Origin: a virus
Virus record (IMG/VR): IMGVR_UViG_3300028654_000012
Span: 32,001-96,000 of that record
Reading direction: 5' to 3' (one strand)
Length of the DNA: 64,000 nucleotides
Positions 44,872 through 55,615 of this stretch are shown here, piece after piece. Numbering within the stretch: position 1 is the first letter of the stretch; the number at the start of each line of letters is the position of its first letter. The position numbers and the translations under genes were made by a program. The notes beneath the pieces were generated by a model, which worked only from the letters and a program-made list of their open reading frames with translations, was not told the DNA's origin and did no database searches.

Positions 44872-45587
44872 TGGCTCTACGCGAATTTAATACTGAATCG
44901 GATATTAAGAACTTTAAAAGCAAGCTTTTCTTGCTGCCTAAAAAGCTCCAACTCCAGATCAATCAGATGATCGAGGAGGGCCACAAAGAGTGGGCTATTG
45001 AGGGTATGATTAAGAGGGAATACAAGGGTACTCTTGGATGTCCAACAGCTCCTACTATCGGTGTATATATAGATTGGTATGAAGCTCGTAAAAAGATGAA
45101 TGCCGAGAAGGGTATTGTAGAAGTAATGTCTCCCAATTCGTTAGCTGTTTTAGAAAAGAATGATATAGATGAGATTGCTGATGAACGTAAAGCCATTTTA
45201 GATAAGGCTACGTCCACAGACAATAAGAAGGACCTATTAGAAAATTTGATTCGTAAGTGTATTGAACGTATCAGAAAGCTGGAAGAAGTACAAGAGTTAG
45301 AAGGATCTACCAGCTCGTTAGAAGCGGTACTAGGTAGTTACGTAAGAGAGATTCATTCTATTGTCGCTACGCAGTTAAAACTATCTGGCGAACTTGAGAA
45401 AGAGACTAACGCTGCCATTGCAGAGATGGTTAATCAAAATTTATATACTCTTATTCAGATTGTTTTCGAAGAAATAAGAGCTGAAGCCCCTGAAAAGGCT
45501 GATGAGATTCGCAATAGAATCATGACAAGGTTGTCCGAAGTAGAAGCACTATCAAGTGTATCTACAGAAATGGTACAGGAGAAATAA
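44871..45587 (+). CDS. Helical protein, possible terminase small subunit (DUF3486-like N-terminus)
   Basis: 'KSKLFLLPKKLQLQINQMIEEG' resembles the DUF3486/Mu gp27 N-terminus; coiled-coil C-terminus. Confidence 0.35.
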   Translation: MALREFNTESDIKNFKSKLFLLPKKLQLQINQMIEEGHKEWAIEGMIKREYKGTLGCPTAPTIGVYIDWYEARKKMNAEKGIVEVMSPNSLAVLEKNDIDEIADERKAILDKATSTDNKKDLLENLIRKCIERIRKLEEVQELEGSTSSLEAVLGSYVREIHSIVATQLKLSGELEKETNAAIAEMVNQNLYTLIQIVFEEIRAEAPEKADEIRNRIMTRLSEVEALSSVSTEMVQEK

Positions 45588-46021
45588 TGTTTAAGCCCGA
45601 AGTTTATAAAATGTTATCTTTTTTTGCCGATAATCAAGAGCATCGTTTTGCAGAGATTATGAATCTCTCCGCATTTACGTTTAAGTATAAACGTTGGCAG
45701 ACTTCAGAAGAGCTTATGAGGAAATCTCTACTAGCTAACGGGCTAGTCTATAGATGCTGGAACGAAGCATTTCCTCAGCTAGACTCTTACAAACTGACTC
45801 CTAAAGGAGATGAATGCTTTAGAGACTATCAGATTTGGAGAATTAAGTGCGAGAACGATAACTCCGACGCTAAGAGATATTTCAAGTACTTTAATAGAGA
45901 GACTGAGGGCAAGTGGGGCGCTGACGGCATGGGCGGTAAGATTTCAGAGCTAGACGCTATGAATCATACTCCTGAATACTCGGCGGAGTATTACAGGCGG
46001 ATGCTCACCCAGCCGGAGTAA
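45587..46021 (+). CDS. Hypothetical protein
   Basis: TAATG overlap; 144 aa. Confidence 0.6.
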   Translation: MFKPEVYKMLSFFADNQEHRFAEIMNLSAFTFKYKRWQTSEELMRKSLLANGLVYRCWNEAFPQLDSYKLTPKGDECFRDYQIWRIKCENDNSDAKRYFKYFNRETEGKWGADGMGGKISELDAMNHTPEYSAEYYRRMLTQPE

Positions 46022-46022
46022 C

Positions 46023-46235
46023 GTGGATAATCCGGTCTGCGCTAGCTGTGAATGTCCTTCATTCACTCATGCGTATTTTCATAAGTGCGAACTTTTTGAT
46101 AAGAAAGATGTTTGTATTGATTGTGCTCGGGATACGCCAATCCCTGAATTTATAGTTTACGTGAAGAATCGTACCAATAAAGACGTAACTGAAGAAGACA
46201 TTAAGAATATCTGTAAGGACCCATCACACTTATAA
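46023..46235 (+). CDS. Small Cys-rich (zinc-binding) protein
   Basis: CASCEC...C...VCIDC; GTG start. Confidence 0.5.
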   Translation: MDNPVCASCECPSFTHAYFHKCELFDKKDVCIDCARDTPIPEFIVYVKNRTNKDVTEEDIKNICKDPSHL

Positions 46236-46444
46236 TGATTACTAAGCAATGCGATAGATGCAAGTTATCTATAGAATTAAACGAAGAGCCTACGCAGAAG
46301 GGGTTTCTTTGTCGCGAATGTGTCGTTCTTTGGAAAGTTGAAGAAAGGAAGTGGTTGTATAAGATTACCTTTCCTGAATTACGTGAAAAATTTATTGCGT
46401 TCATCGAAAGCGGTGAACCTGTTCAAAATACTACTTTAAAATAA
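46235..46444 (+). CDS. Small zinc-ribbon protein
   Basis: CDRC...LCREC. Confidence 0.6.
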   Translation: MITKQCDRCKLSIELNEEPTQKGFLCRECVVLWKVEERKWLYKITFPELREKFIAFIESGEPVQNTTLK

Positions 46445-46459
46445 GCGGGGAATAATATA

Positions 46460-49400
46460 ATGAGTAATTGGATTACAGATTTGTTTTCAGGAAAGAAAGA
46501 AGAGCCAAAAGAGGTCTTCGCAGATAGAAACTCTATCATTCCGAAGTATCTCAGAAAGGCTGCCTTAACTGAGATGGAAACGGCTGAAGAGGACGTATCT
46601 AACGATTGGCATTCACGTGTTCATAATGTATCAGACTTCGTACTGGCTGAACAGATCACCGAACTAGAGCTAACCGGTAAGGGCGCCCCTGAGAAGTATA
46701 ATGCCCACTGGCAGACGGTGATGGATGACATTCGTAAGAATAGAACGAAAGCCGAAGAGCGTCTATTAAAGCTGGTTCCCCGCCATAGCTTGTTAGACAT
46801 CAAGGAATTCTTCAATCGCATTAAGAAGCAGAATGACAAGTTTGAAGTAGCTAAGGATAGAGCTTTAAATAAGAGAGCTGATCTTACTTTCACTTCTGCT
46901 GATAAGCTGGTAGCTAAAGGTACCTCTCACACCGCTTCGGTACTAGCTTCAGATGTAGATTATAATATCTACGCAGTTAAAACGGATTTTGCCGTAAATT
47001 ATTATGGAGGAGGAGATGCTCATGAAACGTTTGAAAAAGTTGGCGATGGACTGGAAAAAGAAGCTGCAAAAACAAGCGAGCCGCTTAGCCGCAATGTGCT
47101 CGAAGAAAAAGATGCCTCGGGCTCGTGGCAAGAGGTAATTTCTAGTCCTTTAGTTAAGGATGTTCAAATTCGTGCAGAATATGTCGCTGCAAAGAACCCT
47201 AAAGCGGAACTACGCATTCAGGCTCTTGAGGAACCTATGTTCCAAGAGGGTGAGACCGTAGCTGACGCTTCAGGTAAGGAAAATGCTGAAATTCTTCAGG
47301 TAGATAAAGAGAATGGTATGTACGTAATGAAAATACCTGGCTTTTCTACCCCTGTTAGAAAGACGTTTGAGAAGGCTCATGCAGGATTCCATAAAGGAAA
47401 GAAGCCCTATCTACCAGGTAATCCCGCTCCAGAACCTAAAGAGATGGGAAAACCTGATTCCTTGCCTAAGTCCAATACCGAATATATTACGGAGGATGAA
47501 AGGGCAAAGTTAGTAAAGAATGAGAAGGAGACAGCTGAGACTGAAAAAGAACTAGCTGGAGCGCAGGAGTTCTCTCGACATTGGCAGGATCTAACTAGAA
47601 AGCTAGAAGATCTGAAGATGAGACATACTGAGATGACTAAGAATAGGATTGTTCAACCGGGTATGCCTGATAGCAGACCGCCTACACCTGAAGAGAGTGC
47701 TAGCTACGATAGATCTAAAGCTTTGGAGAAGGCCCAGCCTGATCCAGAAGCTTCTAAAACGCAGTATGCTCCTCAGCCCTCTAAGAAGTTAGAACCAGAA
47801 GGATGGTGGGGCTGGCCTAACACCGAGAGAAATCTCAAGGCTCCTAAGAAGCACAAGAAGACTAACCAGGGTTTCGAATTATCTCTAGTAGCTAATTCAT
47901 TAACTCTTGAGTTACCTAATGGTAGCTTCCTGACATCCGTTCATGCAAATGAACAAGAGGCTGAAGCCGAGTTCGACAAAGCTGGCGATCTAGATTCACT
48001 AGCTTCGCTATTTCCCCTAGCTGCTCTTGAGACCTTTGAAAAGAAGGCTGAAGACGTAGGTACGGGAGGACCTAACATGGACGGATCTAATGTTATGGTA
48101 GATCCTCAGCGTGGCGGAGTTAATCAGATGGGTGAAGGAGTACAAGAAAATCCCGAACCTTTTAAAAAGAAATCTGATGACGAAGCTGTTGAAGAGCAGC
48201 TAGTTATGGACTTAAATGAATTGATCAAAGAAGCGGGTGGGGACGAAGCAGTTATTCAGAAAGCGATGGCTGCTGGCGCTAAAACGCGTGAAGAGATTGC
48301 TCGCCATGCCGTAATGGAACTAATCGGGGATACTCACGAGGTTGACTTTGACGCGCAGTTGACCGCTACGGGTCCTAATAGTTCTGCCCAGGGAGAACCT
48401 GACTTTCAACACTACAATCAGAAGTTTTCTGCAGCCGAGGTAGTTCCTTTTATGGAGAAGGCCCTTGATGAGTTCCTTCCTGAGAAGTCAGCTGAAGCCA
48501 AGTCGGAGAAGGCTCCAGTAGTAGTTCCCTCTGCCGATCTTTCTGCTCCTCGTCAGGCAGAGCAGGCCTTTGATCCTAATGCAGGCCTGCCAGGAGTATT
48601 ACCTCATGCATCTCTCGAAGATGATACTTTTGTTGTAGGAGAGAATGTTGTTCTCAATTCTAAAGTAGGTTCTCTAGGGGAAGGTACTGAGGTAAGGATT
48701 ACCGGAGTGGTGGGAGCTAGCCTAGCTTTCGAAGCAATCCATGACCCTAGAATTATAGGTATCACTAAGTTCGCTAAGGTAGATAAACAGAAGCCTTTAG
48801 AAAAGTATCTATGGGATAACGATGGAGTTAAAGTAGCTTTTGAGTTAGGAGACCACGTTAAGGTTTCTGCCTCTACTTTCCTCAATGGTAAAGCTCTTAA
48901 AGGAATGGAAGGTACTATCCGTGAGAAGGTACTTGTCAGTAATCCAGATGCTTCTGTAGATATGTTCTACTTAGTAGAATTTGATGGCGCGGGAAATACT
49001 ACGCTGCCGGGAGAGTGTCTAAAGAGAGGTTCAACTAAAAAGGCATCTTTTTTAGGCCATAAGGAGGCTACGCTCGAGGTAGTCTCCGTCATTGTTAAGC
49101 GCCCTAATGGTTGGTATGTTAAATCACACAAGGGTAAAAGCTTAGGCGGACCTTACCATAGTCGTGAGCGTGCGGAGAAGCGTCTTCAGCAGGTAGAGAT
49201 GTTTAAGCACATGAAGGGAGCGTCGGTTGATGGCAAGCCCTGGCTAACTACTCCTGGAGAACCTGAGAGAGAAGTGAGTGTTGAAGATGCAGCAACTTTA
49301 GCTCGGTTTCGCCGTGATAAAGAAATTGCTGACCTTAAGAAACAGAAAGAAGCGTTAGAAGGAGCTACTAAGACTGCGGTGATGAAACCTAACTTAGATA

Positions 49401-50860
49401 CAGCTCAGGACTTCTTAGATTCATTTAAGATCCCTCCTACGGTAGTATCTGATGTAATGATCCAGGAGTTTTTACAGGACAGTAACCTACACGCTTCTAA
49501 AACTGACCTAAACGAAATCTATAGAATCCTTCAGTCTAGCGGAGTAGAAGTTCGTATCAGTATGCCTAAGGAAGAGGTCACGGCTCCTACAGCTGAGCCT
49601 GCCCCTGAAGCTGAGCCTAAAGCTACTCCAGCTCCTAAGAAGAAAAGCTCTATCGATGAGGTACTTCTAGATATAAGAGTAGCCTTAGATACTTTTCACG
49701 CAAGTAAAGAGTATAAGGCTATGATTGAAGGGACTCTTTCTCAAGTAATGGCTGATGCTAAGGAAGATCCCACGGATACCGAGGAAGCTGCTAACGGACT
49801 TAAAGTAGGTTCTAAGGTACAATATACTGTCAAGAGCGAAGATGAACTTCCTGGCATTAAACCAGGTACTGCTATTACGGGCAAGGTAATCTTAATGCCT
49901 ATCCAGCATCCTGAGAAGGACATGAGCTCAGGCCAGCCTAAAGAACAGGGAGGAGCTCCTATTGTTACCGCTACTGTAATGTGGGACAAAGAAGAGCTAG
50001 GAACCTCTAGAGGGTTGCTGCCTGAAGAACTCGTTAAGGTTGCAGGTACTAAATATAAAACTGACGTTATGAACCCTGATGGAACTATGACTACTCTTGA
50101 AAAAGATATGGTCAACGATATGGGTCCTGAAGTTACTGAAGATAATCCTGATGGCTCAGCTACTACTTATAAGAAAGCCGAGTCAGACTTTACATGGGAA
50201 GATACGGGGCTAACTGAAGAGGAACATGAGAAAGCATCTGCCGATTCAATGGCAGAAGCTTTGCGTGATTATCGTCCACGTAAACCCAATGTGGATCTCG
50301 CCGAAAATCAAAACCATTGCGACAAGTGTAGTAACGGAGAGTATCTCGACCAACATATGGTTTGTAGATGCCCTGAACATTATGGAGTTAAAGCTAATCT
50401 TGCTGTAGAGGCAAAGGGTGAGAACGCCAAGATTCGTGAACTCAAGAAGCGTCTTGAAAAAGAAAACAAGCCTTCAGAGATTAGTGCCCTCATCAATGCT
50501 ATTGACGCTCTAAGTGGGTATGTTTCTAAAGGTAAGGAAGCCCGTGAGAAACGTCGTAAGGATAAAGCCGATAAAGCTACAGCAGCAACTGCTGAAACGG
50601 CAAAGGCTGATAAAGCCGAAGTACTCGCGGAAGTAGATGATGAAAGTGCTGAAGGTATGGAAAATGGTAGAGGTACGATGGAGACTGTACCAGAGCCTAT
50701 GGGAGATAAAGTTGCTCCTCTTGGGCCAAAGCCTAGCGACGAAGTTAAAGCTTCTGAAGAAAAGGAGTGCTGCATTCCTAGAGAACCGGGATTTCATAAT
50801 GATGAATGTCCGGAGCACGTAGAATGGTTAAGACAGCAGAAAGCTAATCCCACTAAGTAA
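46460..50860 (+). CDS. Giant acidic multidomain protein with SH3/KOW-like barrels (putative head-internal protein)
   Basis: 1466 aa E/K/P-rich; barrels at 'FQEGETV', 'FVVGENV', 'FELGDHV', 'LKVGSKV'; small 'IVKRPNGWYVKSHKGKSLGGPY..AEKRLQQVEMFKH' domain. Confidence 0.6.
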   Translation: MSNWITDLFSGKKEEPKEVFADRNSIIPKYLRKAALTEMETAEEDVSNDWHSRVHNVSDFVLAEQITELELTGKGAPEKYNAHWQTVMDDIRKNRTKAEERLLKLVPRHSLLDIKEFFNRIKKQNDKFEVAKDRALNKRADLTFTSADKLVAKGTSHTASVLASDVDYNIYAVKTDFAVNYYGGGDAHETFEKVGDGLEKEAAKTSEPLSRNVLEEKDASGSWQEVISSPLVKDVQIRAEYVAAKNPKAELRIQALEEPMFQEGETVADASGKENAEILQVDKENGMYVMKIPGFSTPVRKTFEKAHAGFHKGKKPYLPGNPAPEPKEMGKPDSLPKSNTEYITEDERAKLVKNEKETAETEKELAGAQEFSRHWQDLTRKLEDLKMRHTEMTKNRIVQPGMPDSRPPTPEESASYDRSKALEKAQPDPEASKTQYAPQPSKKLEPEGWWGWPNTERNLKAPKKHKKTNQGFELSLVANSLTLELPNGSFLTSVHANEQEAEAEFDKAGDLDSLASLFPLAALETFEKKAEDVGTGGPNMDGSNVMVDPQRGGVNQMGEGVQENPEPFKKKSDDEAVEEQLVMDLNELIKEAGGDEAVIQKAMAAGAKTREEIARHAVMELIGDTHEVDFDAQLTATGPNSSAQGEPDFQHYNQKFSAAEVVPFMEKALDEFLPEKSAEAKSEKAPVVVPSADLSAPRQAEQAFDPNAGLPGVLPHASLEDDTFVVGENVVLNSKVGSLGEGTEVRITGVVGASLAFEAIHDPRIIGITKFAKVDKQKPLEKYLWDNDGVKVAFELGDHVKVSASTFLNGKALKGMEGTIREKVLVSNPDASVDMFYLVEFDGAGNTTLPGECLKRGSTKKASFLGHKEATLEVVSVIVKRPNGWYVKSHKGKSLGGPYHSRERAEKRLQQVEMFKHMKGASVDGKPWLTTPGEPEREVSVEDAATLARFRRDKEIADLKKQKEALEGATKTAVMKPNLDTAQDFLDSFKIPPTVVSDVMIQEFLQDSNLHASKTDLNEIYRILQSSGVEVRISMPKEEVTAPTAEPAPEAEPKATPAPKKKSSIDEVLLDIRVALDTFHASKEYKAMIEGTLSQVMADAKEDPTDTEEAANGLKVGSKVQYTVKSEDELPGIKPGTAITGKVILMPIQHPEKDMSSGQPKEQGGAPIVTATVMWDKEELGTSRGLLPEELVKVAGTKYKTDVMNPDGTMTTLEKDMVNDMGPEVTEDNPDGSATTYKKAESDFTWEDTGLTEEEHEKASADSMAEALRDYRPRKPNVDLAENQNHCDKCSNGEYLDQHMVCRCPEHYGVKANLAVEAKGENAKIRELKKRLEKENKPSEISALINAIDALSGYVSKGKEAREKRRKDKADKATAATAETAKADKAEVLAEVDDESAEGMENGRGTMETVPEPMGDKVAPLGPKPSDEVKASEEKECCIPREPGFHNDECPEHVEWLRQQKANPTK

Positions 50861-50878
50861 TCAACGGAGAAACTTCTA

Positions 50879-53800
50879 ATGCCTCTAATACCTAAGGTAG
50901 TAACTAATTTACTTAACGAAGACATTTACATTGATGATATCGTTGGCTTTGGCAGCCAGCCCATCCTCATCCCTGCCCTGGCTACTAATGTAGACCTGAC
51001 GCAATACGCGTTAGAAGCTACTCTAGCTACATCTGCTAACCTAATTCATTTATATAGATCAGGAGTGATAGATGTAGTATCTACTTTTGACACAGATCAA
51101 TTAAATGCTACGGGAGTTCTAGTTACTGGTACTCCTACTGTCGGCCAAGTCTTAACCGCGACTGATGCCACAGATGCTACCTGGCAAGCTGGAGGTGGAG
51201 GCGGAGCCCCTTCAGGACCTGCTGGCGGAGATTTATCAGGAACCTATCCTAATCCTACTGTAGTAAGTGCCGCCGGGGATCTTACTGTTAATGGTAGATT
51301 ACTATTAACCGCAAGTAGTTCTCAACAGATTTCAGACCAGTCTTCGGGGATGTTTAACTACGATAGTACTACAGGTACTTTAACTGTAGTTAATACCCAT
51401 GTAGGAAATTTAGAAATAGGAGACGGCTTCGGTCACGCAGTTACTTATTTCGACGGCGCAAGCTTAATAAATCTGACTTTTGATGCTCCTTCCGCGGGAC
51501 AAGTATTTACTGCTACAGACGGTACACATGCTTCTTGGCAAACTCCTTCAGGAGGAACTCCTGGCGGAGCTACCGGAGCGGTTCAGTTTAATAACGGAGG
51601 AGCGTTCGACGGTGATGCAGCCAACTTCTCTTGGGATACGTCGGGCGTTCCGAACACCTTGAATGTTAGCCAGATTAGCGGTCCCGGAAATACTCCGTTG
51701 ATTGTAAAGAATGGGCTACACATTTTTACTGGGCAAGGATCTATTGGTGTTGTTACTGGCGGAGCAAGTAGTTTCGATGCAGGCTCTTTCACTACAGATG
51801 GTTCAGGTAATGTAATTGTTAATACTTTAACCTCGAACGGCAGTATGGGTAGTGTAGGGCCTTTAAATACAAACTCGGATTTTCTTGTGAGCGGCCATTC
51901 AACTTTGGACAACGGAGCTATCACTACGGATGGCGCAGGCAATATATTAGTTACCTCAATAGGAGTAGGTAGAACCTTAGGTGCCTCATTTGGACCTTAT
52001 TCTTTAGAAGCTAAGAGTCAGATAGCTATAGTAGACGCTGATGGATCTAACGGCGGTGGAGTCGTTCAAGCGCAAGGATTTAACGGTACAGGAGGTATAA
52101 TTAATGGATCTTCAGCCCAAGGTCCTGAATCTGCTCCTACAGCTTCTTTAACAGACGATCTTCTTGCTTCATTTGGTGCGCGAGGATACGACGGTACATC
52201 TCCTACAAATGCTAAAGCTTTTGTGAGAATGTTTGCAGAAGAAGATTGGGGTCCTACAAATACAGGAGCTAGATTAGAACTATGGGTAACTCCCAATGGT
52301 ACAGTAACTCGGCAGCGAGCCGTAAGAGTTAACAACGATACTAGTTTAGATGTTCTAAGCGGCAATCTTAATCTATTAGGTCCCGTCAATAATGATGTAC
52401 ATCTTAATCTTGGAGTTAGCGGTAACGCTCAGTCGGTAGTTTACTTTAACGGCGGATCAGTAAACTATACTATCTCCAAATCTGATTCAGGCCCTACTCC
52501 TCTTTGGAAGTTCGGTATCAACAATACTGGTACCCCCGCTATTACAGTTAACTCTTCTATACAGGTAGGTATCGATAATCCTACACCTGTGTATCCTCTA
52601 GATGTAGTAGGAGATGTTAATATAACAGGCTCCTATCTCGTTAATGGAACTCCTCTCTCTGCGGGATCTCCAGGCGGTTCAAATACTCAACTCCAATATA
52701 ATAATGCGGGTACCTTTGATGGAATGCCTTCTACATGGGATGGAACCAACCTATTACTAACAGGTAATACAGAGGGCGTAGTAACGATCTCTGGCGGACC
52801 AATCCCTAACAATGTTTCGAACGCGCCTACAACAGGTGCAGTAAACATTAATGGCGCTGACACCTTAGGAGCTACCTGGGGAGGAACAGTTACTATCCGG
52901 GGAGGTAACGATACATTTGGACAAGCAGGCCACTTAATTCTATCAGGAGGCAATGCAACTCCCGGAGGATTTGGGGGATCTGTAACAATAAGTGGGGGAA
53001 TAGGAGATACGCCTCAGTATAATGGTGTGGTAACTATTCAGTCAGGGGGAACTTCCATCGCTACATTCGGGGCACCTGGAGAAGTACTAGGACCTCCTAA
53101 CATTTCTTTTACTGCTCCCGTTACGATTGCAGATGGTACGCAAGCAGCAGGAAAGGTTCTAACCTCTGATGCTTCTGGTAATGCCTCTTGGCAGACAGCT
53201 GGAGGCCCTCCTTCAGGAGCGGCAGGAGGAGCTTTAAGTGGTACATATCCAAATCCTACACTAGTACCTGGGTTCATATTACATTTCATAGCCCAAAATT
53301 TTGGCCTAGGAGATGGAACAGGTGGTATCACGTCAGACGGCACCTACTTCTATGTAGGCCTAGAACCTGACCAACTTTATAGGGCGCATGTTTCTAATGG
53401 TAGTGGAGGGCAAGGTGTAGTAATAGGCGGAAGTAATATAACCGGAGTATTTTATGACTCAGGTAGTTCTAGTGTCTGGGTAGCTAATGGTAATGGTAAT
53501 TATGTAACCAAAGTTACTACTTCCCCCTTCGCTGTAGTAGCTAATTATCCCGTGGGCGCTAACCCTCAAGGCATCACCTCCGACGGGACTAATATCTGGA
53601 TTGCTAACAAAGATGATAATACTGTAACTAAGCTCTTAGCAGCTGACGGATCTTTAGTAGGTACTTACCCTGTAGGATCCGCTCCTATAGGTATCACCTT
53701 CGACGGAACTAATATCTGGACTGCTAATAGTGGCGGAGGGAATGTTACAAAACTTCTTGCCTTGGACGGATCCAGTATAGGGAGCTATCCTGTTACTTTC

Positions 53801-55615
53801 CCCGGAGGCTCAATACCTACAGGCGTTGCTACGGACGGAACTAATCTTTGGGTTACCAATAGTGGGCAAGGCACACTCTCAGGGTTACTCACTTCAGACG
53901 GATCCAACCCCTATTTAATTACGGTAGGTAATACTCCTACAGGCATCACCTTTGACGGTACCAATATGTGGGTTATTAACTACGGAGATAATACCGTTAC
54001 TCAATTCTTATCTTCAAACGGAACTATAATTGGTACATATGCCGTAGGTACAGCTTCTACGGGTATTATGTTTGATGGAGCTAATACTTGGACGGCTAAC
54101 GCCGGAAGTGCTAACTTATCTAAATTAGTAGCTTACGAACAGTTTGTAGGACCTGTCGTTGGAGGTACAGTAGCTGGTGGCGATCTATCTGGTACTTACC
54201 CTAATCCAACAGTTAATACCCTTACTGCTGTTACAGGACCTACCTCATTAGATTCCGGAGCTATCCATTCTGACGGGTCTGGAAATCTTGGAGTGACCTC
54301 TCTTACAGCTGCAGGAGGCAATGTTAATGCCGCTAATTATTATGTAGATAATGTACTCTCATTCAGTTCTGCCGGCCTTATCACTTCAGCGCTTCAAGTA
54401 ACTACAAGTCCAACCTCAGGCTATGTCCTAACCTCTGATGCCTCGGGTAATGCTTCTTGGCAGGCATCTGCAGGATCTCCTCCCGGAGTAGGCTCTGACT
54501 ACATCTTAAGAGATAGTTCTAATCAGCTTTCTATTGATTGGGGTAATCACATACTGTTCTACCCTTCTGGCAGCCCTATTCAGTCTATCAACTGGGGCTT
54601 TAGTCAGCTGTTAGATACAAGCGGTAACCAATCCGCTCAGTGGGACTTTAGAATACTTTACGATTCTACAAGTCACATGTCTGTGAATTGGCAGAGCCGG
54701 TGGCTAGCAGGCACTACCGGACAGACTGTACTAGATTGGCAGTTCGCTACTCTAAATGATCTCAGTTCCACTAATTCTCTCAAATGGGATATTCGACAAC
54801 TATGGAATAATACAGGACAACCTGTCTTAGACTGGTCGACTAGTACGGGAAGCCATGTTGACTTCTACGTACCTATAAAAATTACTGATGGAACTGAAGG
54901 GGCCGGATATGTCTTAACTTCCGATGCTAATGGACTAGGTTCATGGGCAGCTCCTGTGGCAGCAGGTGCAGATACTCAGGTTCAGTTTAATAGTTCAGGA
55001 AGTCTTGCAGCGTCCAGTAATTTGACGTTTGACGGGTACAGCTTATCCATATCTAGAGCTGGTTCCGCAGCTAATACCTTGTACTTGAGTGATACTGGAG
55101 CAGGTCAACCTGGAATTCAATTTATTAGTGCAGGGAATCCAAATCCTTGGGCCATATACACTTATGATAATGATAGATTAGCAATAGGAGTTTCAGGCGG
55201 TATCGAGAATTTTGTTCTAGCTCGTAATGGTAATATGGGCGTAGGCCCGGGAATTTCTAATCCCGCTTATACCTTAGATGTTGCAGGTGATACGCATACT
55301 TCAGGTCAATTAATTGTAGGCGGAACTTCTAGCTTAGATGGAGGGTCTATCACTACTGATGGTAGTGGAGACATAACTGTACAGGCTATCAATATCCAAG
55401 GAGTAGCAGTATTCAATCCTAATGCATTGCCTCCAGCTCCTATGCAGGGCAGAGTCTATTTCGATGCCCCTTCTAGTCAGCTAGAAGTTAGTTTGGATGG
55501 CAGCTCATACGTCCAAGTAGTTACTACCAGTACACCGGGAGCGTCAGGTACCTTTACAACGGCGGATTCAAAGACAGTTACTGTTACGAACGGAATTATC
55601 ACTTCAATAGTATAA
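50879..55615 (+). CDS. Large virion fibre, paralog of 7141-10638
   Basis: Shared N-terminus (IP.VV.NL...I...D...P.....VDL...AL...L..S..L.HLYR.G.I.V), GGDLSGTYPNPT linkers, FDGTNIW propeller at ~53310-54130. Confidence 0.78.
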   Translation: MPLIPKVVTNLLNEDIYIDDIVGFGSQPILIPALATNVDLTQYALEATLATSANLIHLYRSGVIDVVSTFDTDQLNATGVLVTGTPTVGQVLTATDATDATWQAGGGGGAPSGPAGGDLSGTYPNPTVVSAAGDLTVNGRLLLTASSSQQISDQSSGMFNYDSTTGTLTVVNTHVGNLEIGDGFGHAVTYFDGASLINLTFDAPSAGQVFTATDGTHASWQTPSGGTPGGATGAVQFNNGGAFDGDAANFSWDTSGVPNTLNVSQISGPGNTPLIVKNGLHIFTGQGSIGVVTGGASSFDAGSFTTDGSGNVIVNTLTSNGSMGSVGPLNTNSDFLVSGHSTLDNGAITTDGAGNILVTSIGVGRTLGASFGPYSLEAKSQIAIVDADGSNGGGVVQAQGFNGTGGIINGSSAQGPESAPTASLTDDLLASFGARGYDGTSPTNAKAFVRMFAEEDWGPTNTGARLELWVTPNGTVTRQRAVRVNNDTSLDVLSGNLNLLGPVNNDVHLNLGVSGNAQSVVYFNGGSVNYTISKSDSGPTPLWKFGINNTGTPAITVNSSIQVGIDNPTPVYPLDVVGDVNITGSYLVNGTPLSAGSPGGSNTQLQYNNAGTFDGMPSTWDGTNLLLTGNTEGVVTISGGPIPNNVSNAPTTGAVNINGADTLGATWGGTVTIRGGNDTFGQAGHLILSGGNATPGGFGGSVTISGGIGDTPQYNGVVTIQSGGTSIATFGAPGEVLGPPNISFTAPVTIADGTQAAGKVLTSDASGNASWQTAGGPPSGAAGGALSGTYPNPTLVPGFILHFIAQNFGLGDGTGGITSDGTYFYVGLEPDQLYRAHVSNGSGGQGVVIGGSNITGVFYDSGSSSVWVANGNGNYVTKVTTSPFAVVANYPVGANPQGITSDGTNIWIANKDDNTVTKLLAADGSLVGTYPVGSAPIGITFDGTNIWTANSGGGNVTKLLALDGSSIGSYPVTFPGGSIPTGVATDGTNLWVTNSGQGTLSGLLTSDGSNPYLITVGNTPTGITFDGTNMWVINYGDNTVTQFLSSNGTIIGTYAVGTASTGIMFDGANTWTANAGSANLSKLVAYEQFVGPVVGGTVAGGDLSGTYPNPTVNTLTAVTGPTSLDSGAIHSDGSGNLGVTSLTAAGGNVNAANYYVDNVLSFSSAGLITSALQVTTSPTSGYVLTSDASGNASWQASAGSPPGVGSDYILRDSSNQLSIDWGNHILFYPSGSPIQSINWGFSQLLDTSGNQSAQWDFRILYDSTSHMSVNWQSRWLAGTTGQTVLDWQFATLNDLSSTNSLKWDIRQLWNNTGQPVLDWSTSTGSHVDFYVPIKITDGTEGAGYVLTSDANGLGSWAAPVAAGADTQVQFNSSGSLAASSNLTFDGYSLSISRAGSAANTLYLSDTGAGQPGIQFISAGNPNPWAIYTYDNDRLAIGVSGGIENFVLARNGNMGVGPGISNPAYTLDVAGDTHTSGQLIVGGTSSLDGGSITTDGSGDITVQAINIQGVAVFNPNALPPAPMQGRVYFDAPSSQLEVSLDGSSYVQVVTTSTPGASGTFTTADSKTVTVTNGIITSIV

